From a virus (taxonomy: Duplodnaviria > Heunggongvirae > Uroviricota > Caudoviricetes > Demerecviridae), in IMG/VR virus record IMGVR_UViG_2974640449_000001, positions 242 to 64,241 of that record: a DNA stretch of 64,000 bases, one strand, 5' to 3'. The notes beneath the pieces are model-generated. The model made no database searches. It was not told the origin of the DNA and saw only the letters and a program-made list of their open reading frames with translations. Both the position numbers and the translations under genes were made by a program. Below are positions 17,451 to 25,796 of the stretch, piece after piece. Each line of letters starts with the position of its first letter. Positions within the stretch are counted from its first letter, which is position 1.

Positions 17451-17932
17451 CACACAGAACAAGTATCAGGGATAAAATTGTAGATACCCTGAAACAAGAA
17501 CTAACAGATACTAATCAAGATACTTACTATACTGACATTGACATGAACGTCAGCGGTGAAAATTTGTATCTTGACCAAGTAGAAACTTTCCCCGCCCTGA
17601 CAGTGGCACTAGGTCCTGAGCGCCCTGAGTATCAGCCGGGAGGTTTTAGATGGATGTACCTAACTCTAGTTATTAGAGCATATGTGAAGTCCGAAGATAG
17701 AGCCGACGAAGAATTAGAGCTACTGATTCAAGATATAAAAACCTTTATTGACACTCACGAAGATATAGAATATACTATAACTACTCCAAAAGGAGTTCAA
17801 AAACAACTCCAAGCTACCGAGATGACTATATTAAGTATTAATACTGATGAGGGCGTCCTAAGTCCGATGGGTATAGGTGAGGTGGCTATAGAAATTAGAT
17901 ACCAGGACAGAAATGTTAGATTTATTAGATAA
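17447..17932 (+). CDS. Tail terminator (p142-like)
   Basis: EYQPGGFRW motif; synteny. Confidence 0.8.
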   Translation: MTHRTSIRDKIVDTLKQELTDTNQDTYYTDIDMNVSGENLYLDQVETFPALTVALGPERPEYQPGGFRWMYLTLVIRAYVKSEDRADEELELLIQDIKTFIDTHEDIEYTITTPKGVQKQLQATEMTILSINTDEGVLSPMGIGEVAIEIRYQDRNVRFIR

Positions 17933-17946
17933 GGAGTCTGCAATAA

Positions 17947-19392
17947 ATGTCAGTCCAATTATTACGTAATACTAGACTATGGGCTAGTATAGCAAAGCCA
18001 GGGGAAACACTTGACAAGACCAATACCTGGGAAGTGTTAATCCAAGAAGACTTTGCATTCAACCAAGACGGTAACTCTACCGACATTAACTTAGATGAAG
18101 CAGGCCCACGCCCAACTCGTGGTTCTAAGAGATTTAATGATAATCTAAACCCTGCTGACTGGAACTTCTCTACCTACCTACGCCCTTATTTAAGCGACGC
18201 AGGTACTAGTAACAACAAGTTAGATGATGTAGTTCTAACCCCAGATTACGCCTTGTGGCACTGCCTAGCTAGTGGTTCTCCTGTAGATATTACTAATGAA
18301 GACGGAGTTAAAGCTAACTCTACAAATATGCTAGTAAGTTTCAAAGACAACCAGTACCACCAACTTAATACACTTACATTGTTCTATTTAGTTGATAACG
18401 TATGGTATAAAATCCATGATGTACAAATCAACCAAGCAGAAATCAGTATGGATATTGAGGGTATTGGTATGACTGCTTGGTCTGGACAAGGTACAAAAGT
18501 AGAGCCACTAGGTACTACACAGCCTTTCGACCCTAACTCGGCAGACTTTACTTTCCCTGATGATGTGTTTGAAACAGCTCCATATATTAAGAATAAGTTA
18601 ACTACTTTATTCATTAAAGATAATAAGGATGATGTTAAGTATGATATTCCTATTACTGGTGGTTCTATTACTATCAATAACAATATCAGCTACTTGACAC
18701 CAAATACTCTATCGCGTTTAGACCTACCTATTGGTTCATTCACAGGAACATTCGAAGTTTCAGGTAGCTTAGAAGCTTACCTACGTAACAGAGAGTCTGG
18801 TGATTCCCAAGATCGTGCAGCAGAGTTGCTAAACAAAATGATTACCGACAGAAGTATTACTAATAGCTTCCAGATTGGTATCTGTTTAGGCGGTGTATAT
18901 CCTAACGCTAATGCAAGCACAGTGACTAAAGCACCTGGCGTTGTAATTGTACTACCAACGGCACATCTATCAGTACCTTCTACTGAAACAGCCGATGTAC
19001 TAGGTACTAGTATTGAGTTCAAAGGTATTCCTACAGAGCTTGATGCAGGGGACGAAGTATATATAGGTATGAGCCCAGCGTACACCGCTGCGCAGATCCA
19101 AGCTCTTATTGAGCGAGGCGACGGAGCTAGACTATCTGCTCCACCAGGCATTACCACACAACCTGCTAATCAAACACTAACTACAGGTGAACAATTGCAG
19201 CTATCAGTGGCAGCTTCTGACGCGTCGCGTTACCAGTGGTATAAAGATGGTGCTCCTATTAGTGGCGCTACATCTTCAACATATACTAAGAGCTCCGCAG
19301 CTCTGTCAGACAGTGGTAAGTACTACGTAGAAGCCTACAATAGTGAAGGTAGTAAAACTACTAGTAACACGATCACCGTTACTGTTAGTTAA
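17947..19392 (+). CDS. Tail tube protein with C-terminal Ig-like domain (pb6-like)
   Basis: MSVQLLRNTR N-terminus; YQWYKDG...DSGKY Ig domain. Confidence 0.9.
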   Translation: MSVQLLRNTRLWASIAKPGETLDKTNTWEVLIQEDFAFNQDGNSTDINLDEAGPRPTRGSKRFNDNLNPADWNFSTYLRPYLSDAGTSNNKLDDVVLTPDYALWHCLASGSPVDITNEDGVKANSTNMLVSFKDNQYHQLNTLTLFYLVDNVWYKIHDVQINQAEISMDIEGIGMTAWSGQGTKVEPLGTTQPFDPNSADFTFPDDVFETAPYIKNKLTTLFIKDNKDDVKYDIPITGGSITINNNISYLTPNTLSRLDLPIGSFTGTFEVSGSLEAYLRNRESGDSQDRAAELLNKMITDRSITNSFQIGICLGGVYPNANASTVTKAPGVVIVLPTAHLSVPSTETADVLGTSIEFKGIPTELDAGDEVYIGMSPAYTAAQIQALIERGDGARLSAPPGITTQPANQTLTTGEQLQLSVAASDASRYQWYKDGAPISGATSSTYTKSSAALSDSGKYYVEAYNSEGSKTTSNTITVTVS

Positions 19393-19406
19393 TTAAGAGG
19401 ATAACT

Positions 19407-20291
19407 ATGTCATACACTCTACAGAAAGAGTGCAAGATAGTGTTAATCTATAAAGGTATAGGGTATCTATTCGATGCCCTTACCCAGTTTGACTTTAGCC
19501 AGACTTTCAATAGATCGTCTGGCTCTAGGAAGACTCTGCACTCAAAGAAAGCAAAACCATATACATATGCTAATTCTAAAAACTCAGCTACGTTTAGCTT
19601 CGGTGTATTAGGTACTAAGAGCTTTTCGGAAGGTGTACTATTCGAATTGGCAGGTTTAACTAAGTTACATGCCAATGTATATGAATATGGTGACGAATTA
19701 GGTATATCACCTGAGTTTTGTGATATATTAATAGTTACTAAGGCTGGCACACATAAAGTATCCAAAGCAGCGGTACAGTCACTAGAAGTATCCCTAGCAC
19801 TAAGTGAGCCACTAGCTTTTGATGTATCATTTACTGCTAGTAGTATTAAAAGAGTATCTGGTATAGATTTATCTTCTGGGTTGATAGAGCAAGGTGAGCC
19901 ATTGTTACCTACTCCTATACAATATAGAATAAATAATATTCTTAACAACTCAGTGATAAATGCAGGTATATCTTTGCAGCAATCCATAGATTGGAGGGCT
20001 GACAGAGGCTTGCATGACATAGGTAATTTATATGTACCTAAGCATGCAGTACTAACAGATAGGAGTTATGGTATGAATGTAAATACGTATCTAAATACCA
20101 AGTACCCTACTCCAGAAGAAGCTTATTACGCAAATCTAGAATTATATAAATCTGGATTATATCTCTCATTAGGAGATGCATTGGTAACACACAGAGTAGC
20201 TCCTGCAGATGTATTTACAGAAGCACAAGATGTTACTATAACTGACAAAACAAATAAAATTATCGTGGAATATGGAGGATATTTAATATGA
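19407..20291 (+). CDS. Baseplate tube / minor tail protein (p140-like)
   Basis: About 295 aa directly after the tail tube gene. Confidence 0.75.
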   Translation: MSYTLQKECKIVLIYKGIGYLFDALTQFDFSQTFNRSSGSRKTLHSKKAKPYTYANSKNSATFSFGVLGTKSFSEGVLFELAGLTKLHANVYEYGDELGISPEFCDILIVTKAGTHKVSKAAVQSLEVSLALSEPLAFDVSFTASSIKRVSGIDLSSGLIEQGEPLLPTPIQYRINNILNNSVINAGISLQQSIDWRADRGLHDIGNLYVPKHAVLTDRSYGMNVNTYLNTKYPTPEEAYYANLELYKSGLYLSLGDALVTHRVAPADVFTEAQDVTITDKTNKIIVEYGGYLI

Positions 20292-20698
20292 AATTAAGTC
20301 TATCAGCATTAGCACTTAACTCAAAAACAGCAGAGTTTGACTTCCCAGGTATCGTAGGATTTAAAGTACGCCTTACTTACCTATCTAGAGAAGCTAGACG
20401 TAAGATTCAGGAAAAATGTAAAGTTCAGAAATATGATGAAACTTCTGGTCTTCCATATATGGATCTAGATGTAGAGAAATACACGGAAGAATACGTGAAA
20501 GCAACAATCAATGGCTGGACAGGGTTAACGCTAGAGAACGTAGCTAACCTAATGCTTATCGATCAATCTCAAGTAGAAGACCCTAAAGCTGAAATCGATT
20601 TTGACATTGATACTGCTATACAGCTTGTTAAGTTATCTGAGAAATTTGATAACTGGGTTAGTGCTAAGTTGGCACAAATCGAGAACTTTCGAAACTGA
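20288..20698 (+). CDS. Tail assembly chaperone (gpG/p139-like)
   Basis: Synteny; 136 aa. Confidence 0.75.
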   Translation: MKLSLSALALNSKTAEFDFPGIVGFKVRLTYLSREARRKIQEKCKVQKYDETSGLPYMDLDVEKYTEEYVKATINGWTGLTLENVANLMLIDQSQVEDPKAEIDFDIDTAIQLVKLSEKFDNWVSAKLAQIENFRN

Positions 20699-21101
20699 GA
20701 GACGGAAACTTCTATTCGAATCTCTCGATAAATATTTCGATAAACAGAATGGTTTCTCTAAATCTAAGTATATAAATATATGTATGCAACTTGGAGAGAA
20801 GCCAGACCCTAAGAGAATGCCTATAGATTTCTCAGACTTTCCACCAATAGTGAGAGACGCTATAGAAATCTTTAATAGACTAGGTGACAGGTACACTAGT
20901 ACTGATCTTGGACCACTTTATATTGGTAAAGATATATCAACATTAGATTTCTTATATAATATTTATGAGATTCATGATGTAGAAGATAGAAAATTAACAC
21001 TAGAGATAGTACAGCACCTAGATAGTAAAATAGTTAAACAAGCAGTTAGTAAATGGAAAACAGAAGCCAAAAAGCTAAAAGCAAAGGCTAAACACCACTA
21101 G
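20688..21101 (+). CDS. Tail assembly chaperone extension (gpT/p138-like), probably reached by frameshift
   Basis: Open +1 frame across the end of the upstream gene, no good SD/ATG of its own. Confidence 0.65.
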   Translation, partial: FETERRKLLFESLDKYFDKQNGFSKSKYINICMQLGEKPDPKRMPIDFSDFPPIVRDAIEIFNRLGDRYTSTDLGPLYIGKDISTLDFLYNIYEIHDVEDRKLTLEIVQHLDSKIVKQAVSKWKTEAKKLKAKAKHH

Positions 21102-21138
21102 CTACTTAACCGAGTCCTCACGGGCATTCCACGAGCTT

Positions 21139-21167
21139 GCTCTGGGTGTAATGCCCAGAGCTTTTTT
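21139..21167 (+). terminator. Intrinsic terminator with a competing upstream arm (attenuator-like)
   Basis: GCTCTGGG-N7-CCCAGAGC-TTTTTT; GGGCATT (21122-21128) can pair with AATGCCC (21150-21156). Confidence 0.7.
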
Positions 21168-21182
21168 CGTATGGAGAAAACA

Positions 21183-21941
21183 ATGATTAAAGACCTAAAA
21201 ACATATATTGAAACCGTGAACAAATCAGCAACATCTTCTGTATCAGGTGCCGAAGACACTAAAGTACTTGCTCTACGCAGCGCAACCCTAAAAGGAAGTG
21301 CTTTACTTGCTATGTTACCTGATGTTACCTTAACAGGTAAATACACTGATATTCCTTTCCTACACCTGCCTTCAGATATGGATACCATCTACTCTGTTGG
21401 CGGCATTCAAGTAGAGAAAGAATTGCTATCAGCCTCTGCTACATTGGTAGACGAGACCACAGAAGATGCTAGTCCTAACTTGGAAGCAGCACTAGATACT
21501 ATTCTAACTTCGCAGGCTAGACTTAAACTGGAAAAATACTTAGCTGACAAACTTACAACACCTACCCCTACCGCAGGTGCTTCCTCTAAGAACTTCGCTA
21601 CAATTGTAGATACTATCAAGAAGTTCCCTTCTCAAGCATTATCTATCGAAGGGCAGTTTATTGCAGTAACGTCCCCTATGACATACTTTGCATTGCTAAG
21701 TACAATGGACAATGCACATCGCGAAATGGTCAAGCAGGGTATTATTAAGCTAGTACCTCTTTATGGCGTTGCAGACGATGCTCTAGTAGTTCTGCATACT
21801 CAAGGGGTGGCTTTTGGATTCCAGATTTATAATTTAGAGAAAGACCGCGAAGCAAGTAAAGGTAGCACTGATTTAATAGTAAATGTAGCAGCGGGCTTTG
21901 GATACGATAGAGATTACATCAAACACGTAAAACTAAGCTAA
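21183..21941 (+). CDS. HK97-fold capsid protein paralogue lacking the scaffold domain
   Basis: Colinear motif matches to the mature part of 14701..16098 (VN.S...VS; L.A.A..DET.EDA...L...EK; S..Y..LL; E..R.AS...V). Confidence 0.75.
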   Translation: MIKDLKTYIETVNKSATSSVSGAEDTKVLALRSATLKGSALLAMLPDVTLTGKYTDIPFLHLPSDMDTIYSVGGIQVEKELLSASATLVDETTEDASPNLEAALDTILTSQARLKLEKYLADKLTTPTPTAGASSKNFATIVDTIKKFPSQALSIEGQFIAVTSPMTYFALLSTMDNAHREMVKQGIIKLVPLYGVADDALVVLHTQGVAFGFQIYNLEKDREASKGSTDLIVNVAAGFGYDRDYIKHVKLS

Positions 21942-21956
21942 TAAACGGGAGTTTAT

Positions 21957-24900
21957 ATGGCTAATAAGCTAATCGAAGAACTAATCATTAAGGTAAAGCA
22001 ACAAGGAGCTAAACCTACTGAAAAAGCAATTAAGGGTGTCGGTGACGCCCTTAGTGAAGCTAAAACCGCTAGCAACGCCTTTAACTCTGCGATGGAGAGA
22101 ACTCCTAAATATCTTAAAAAGGTAGAAGAGCAAGCTTCAAGAACCTCCACTCAGTTAAGTAAAGTAAAGCTAAACTTCTCTTCAAAAGCTACTGAAACTT
22201 CACTAGGTAATATTGAAAGTGCATTAGAAGCTCTAGTAGGTGAGTCGTTGGAAATGAACGACACAATGGCCACTATGAGTAAAAACTTGATTACTCTATT
22301 TGAAAACTTAAGCGTGCAGCTAGGAGCCGACCTAGAAAGAGTAGAAGACGGTCTTATTGATGTACGTCAAGAAGCTGGTAAAACTAATGATGCCTTGGTT
22401 AAAGTAGGTAAAGGGGCTAAGAAAGCTGGTCGTGGCTTGGCTAACTCTAACCGTCAAGGTAGAAACCAGGCTCGTACCTTCTCAGATCTAGCTAAGTTTG
22501 CTGGGCCTCTTCCTTTACTATACGCTAACATTGCAGCTAACGTGTTCGCGCTTAGTGAAGCCTTTAGACTACTAAGCGAAGGTGAACAGTTAAATCGTCT
22601 AGAAGAAGTTGGTACTATCATAGGTTCTAAAATTGGTACACCAGTTCAGTTAATAGCTAAGGATATGCAGAAGCTAACTGGGTATACCCTTAGTTATGGT
22701 GAATCACTAAGAAATGCTGCTGCAGCTGCCTCTTATGGATTTGACTCAAAGCAAATAGAACAGTTAACCATGGCGGCACGTCGAGCATCTATTGCTCTAG
22801 GTGTCGATATGCAAGACGCCATGAACCGTGTTATTCGCGGTACATCTAAACTAGAAATAGAACTATTAGACGAACTTGGTATTACTACTAAGCTGACAAC
22901 TGCTTACGAGCGTTATGCTCAACAGCTAGGTATTAGCGCCAATTCACTTAACTCATACCAACAACGGGCAGCATTGGTAAATGAGATTAACTCACAGTCG
23001 GTAGAGAAGTTTGGCGATCTAGATGAGATGTTGAGAAACGGTGCCCCTTGGGAAGTATTTGGGGCTAATACTGCATCGGCATTCCAGACGTTTATGCAGA
23101 ATATCTCTGAGGCGACTTCATTCATTCCTAAATTCTTCAATGAAATAGAGGAAGGATCTAGACGAATAGAAGAGCCATTAGATAATGCTAAAAAGCTACT
23201 AGAATCTTTCTCTATGGCAGATGGTAGGGCGGGGCAAGTAGGCATACTCGTAGAAGCCAATAACCAAATAGAAGACTTAGAAAAGAGATTAAGTGTACTA
23301 AGGCAGACCAATACTAGTAGTTTTTCTGTGGCTGAACTTGTAAACTATAAGGATGAAGTACGGAACGTACGTACCGCTATAGATAAACTTAGGGGCTTGA
23401 TGTCCACTCAAAGTCTAGGTATAGATGCTATCAAAGAGATAGACGGTGCATATAGAAACCTAAATGCTACAGTAAAAGGTTCAGTACAATCTTATAACAC
23501 TAGTTTGGCCTCAATTAAAGGGCAAAGTACTTCTTATGAGAAACTATACTCTGATGTAAACTCTATGAAAATAGCCTATGAGAAGTTAGCTGCTGTAGAT
23601 CCTGGATTTAAGGCTGCAGATGCACTAAAACAATTAGGCTTTGAGTCTAAGTTTGCATTAGACCGCGCAACAGAGCTTGCCAGAACTTATAGGGATACTA
23701 ATAGGGAGTTGGCAGTCTTTGCTAAGACTCAAGCAGAAGCAGAAGTTCAAGGACGCTACTCAGGTAAAGAACCTGAAGCAGTTAAACTAGGGTTATTAAA
23801 AGAGCAACAAGTCCTTTATACTAAACTCCTAATAGATCAACAAAGATTAGGTGCTAGTAGTGTGGCTACGGCTAAAACATCTGCCCAGGTTGCAAAATTA
23901 GCATCTCAAACCATAGATACACAAGTTGCTTTAGTAGACGTACACACTAAAGAATTAGATACCCAAACTAGACTTAATATGGCTCTTCAACCAGAGTTAT
24001 TAATTAAGAAAGATCTACTATCCAATGAGAAAACCAGATTAGCAAACTTGCAACTGATCCAAGGTACTCACAAAGAGCAAGAACAGTCTCTAAATAGAAT
24101 TAAGCAATTAGAAAACGAAATACTAGCAGTACAAGTAGCTCAGTCTAATGCTATGATGGACTCTGCCCTAGGTAGCTTAGCCTCATTTGCCCCAGGTATT
24201 GATCAAATGACTAGTTCCCTTAATGGGCTAGCTATGTCATTCAATAACATGGGTCAATCTAGCATGACCGCCACACAGATGGTATCTTCTGGGTTGAATG
24301 CCTTCCAAGGGATGCTATCGTATTCTTCTAACCAGTCTATACAAGCAGTAGATGCACAAATAGCTGCGGAACAGAAGCGTGATGGTAAGTCTAAGGAATC
24401 AGTAGCTAAGATAAATGCACTTGAGAAGAAGAAGATTGAACAACAGAAAAAGGCAGCCAAACAACAAATTCTTATCTCTACTGCGGTAGCGGTAATGAAT
24501 GCGGCGGCTAACCCTTGGCCTGTTCCAGCTATCCCGTTAATGGCTACAGCAGCATTAGCAGGTGGATTAGCGTATCAACAAGCCTCTAGCGCTTCTAGTA
24601 ATCTAGTATCTTCGGCTAGTGGTAATACTCAGGCGTCCTTAACTCTTGGCGATAGGTCGAATCAAGTAGATGTGTCTCAATCAGCATCTCGCGGTGAGTT
24701 AGCATACATTAGAAATGAATCTGGTACTGGTAGTATGCAATCCTTTACTCCTAGAGCTAACGGCGGTATAGGTATCCCAGGAAATAGTCTAGTAGTAGGA
24801 GAACATGGTCCGGAGGTTATTACACCACTAGAACCAATACAAGCCTACAGTGCAGAAGAGTCTAGAGCTATGGGTGGTAGTTATACAGATAACCGTCAAC

Positions 24901-25013
24901 TAGTAGTACAAGCTATTGATACTCAATCAATCATGGATAGAGCAGACGATATCTTTAATGCTTGGGATGACGCAGCATATCAGCGTGGCATGAACTCAGA
25001 CAGACTACGTTAA
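21957..25013 (+). CDS. Tape measure protein (pb2-like)
   Basis: 1018 aa, coiled-coil, hydrophobic segment near the C-terminus, GE.GPE.I motif. Confidence 0.92.
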   Translation: MANKLIEELIIKVKQQGAKPTEKAIKGVGDALSEAKTASNAFNSAMERTPKYLKKVEEQASRTSTQLSKVKLNFSSKATETSLGNIESALEALVGESLEMNDTMATMSKNLITLFENLSVQLGADLERVEDGLIDVRQEAGKTNDALVKVGKGAKKAGRGLANSNRQGRNQARTFSDLAKFAGPLPLLYANIAANVFALSEAFRLLSEGEQLNRLEEVGTIIGSKIGTPVQLIAKDMQKLTGYTLSYGESLRNAAAAASYGFDSKQIEQLTMAARRASIALGVDMQDAMNRVIRGTSKLEIELLDELGITTKLTTAYERYAQQLGISANSLNSYQQRAALVNEINSQSVEKFGDLDEMLRNGAPWEVFGANTASAFQTFMQNISEATSFIPKFFNEIEEGSRRIEEPLDNAKKLLESFSMADGRAGQVGILVEANNQIEDLEKRLSVLRQTNTSSFSVAELVNYKDEVRNVRTAIDKLRGLMSTQSLGIDAIKEIDGAYRNLNATVKGSVQSYNTSLASIKGQSTSYEKLYSDVNSMKIAYEKLAAVDPGFKAADALKQLGFESKFALDRATELARTYRDTNRELAVFAKTQAEAEVQGRYSGKEPEAVKLGLLKEQQVLYTKLLIDQQRLGASSVATAKTSAQVAKLASQTIDTQVALVDVHTKELDTQTRLNMALQPELLIKKDLLSNEKTRLANLQLIQGTHKEQEQSLNRIKQLENEILAVQVAQSNAMMDSALGSLASFAPGIDQMTSSLNGLAMSFNNMGQSSMTATQMVSSGLNAFQGMLSYSSNQSIQAVDAQIAAEQKRDGKSKESVAKINALEKKKIEQQKKAAKQQILISTAVAVMNAAANPWPVPAIPLMATAALAGGLAYQQASSASSNLVSSASGNTQASLTLGDRSNQVDVSQSASRGELAYIRNESGTGSMQSFTPRANGGIGIPGNSLVVGEHGPEVITPLEPIQAYSAEESRAMGGSYTDNRQLVVQAIDTQSIMDRADDIFNAWDDAAYQRGMNSDRLR

Positions 25014-25015
25014 TA

Positions 25016-25039
25016 AAAGCCTCCCTATGTGGAGGCTTT
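25016..25039 (+). terminator. Hairpin terminator after the tape measure gene
   Basis: AAAGCCTCC-N6-GGAGGCTTT. Confidence 0.65.
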
Positions 25040-25060
25040 ATAATATCTAAAATCTTTAGG

Positions 25061-25088
25061 TTGACTTTAGCTAGTTTACGTGTATAAT
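25061..25088 (+). promoter_or_regulatory. Probable promoter of the tail-tip genes
   Basis: TTGACT-N16-TATAAT. Confidence 0.5.
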
Positions 25089-25178
25089 TACTTACATAAC
25101 GAGATATATCTTCGTTTTTAGTTTTAGATATACTACGGCCCATTGACCTGCTCAATGGCATAACATTTTGGAGCACTC

Positions 25179-25796
25179 ATGGCTATTAGATTACCTGATC
25201 CATTCACGCATCCTGATGAAGCACCAGGATTCCTAAAAGCTCCGCTGGTAGATAATGAACCTATACTACAGGATGAATTACCAAACGGAAAAGTGCTTCA
25301 AACAAAAACTTCTGCTCAATACTGGAGTGTAGATATTACATACCCAGACCTATATGATTTAGAGTATAGACTTATATCCTCTACTATAGAAGAAGCGAAG
25401 CGTACGGGGGATACTATAGAAATAGTTTTACCTCAATATATTAATTATAGAGTTATTGGTGACCTTACTGCTACTAGTATACCTGCCGGACAAAAGGGCA
25501 GCACAATAGAAATCACAGGCACTAGTAACATACAAGGGGCACCTTATTTAGGTGACCTATTCAAGCTCAGCACGCACCCAAAAGTATATAAAATAACAAA
25601 ATTCAAACGCGAAGCTGATAAATTTATCCTTAATATATATCCAGATTTATTTATAGAGACCAAAGGAACAGAAAAACCAGTGTTCAATGTGGTACCTTTA
25701 CAAGTTAGGTTGGTGAATAGAACGTCTATTGAAGCTAATGTTAATGCTGATGGTATGTATGAGGGTATTAGTTATTCATTTAGGGAGAGTTTATGA
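25179..25796 (+). CDS. Distal tail protein (pb9-like)
   Basis: RLPDPF...DELPNGKV...SAQYW resembles T5 pb9. Confidence 0.9.
   Translation: MAIRLPDPFTHPDEAPGFLKAPLVDNEPILQDELPNGKVLQTKTSAQYWSVDITYPDLYDLEYRLISSTIEEAKRTGDTIEIVLPQYINYRVIGDLTATSIPAGQKGSTIEITGTSNIQGAPYLGDLFKLSTHPKVYKITKFKREADKFILNIYPDLFIETKGTEKPVFNVVPLQVRLVNRTSIEANVNADGMYEGISYSFRESL

Noticed and set aside
24955-25176. 73-aa antisense ORF between the tape measure and distal tail genes
   Set aside because: Overlaps the tape measure end, terminator and promoter; no SD
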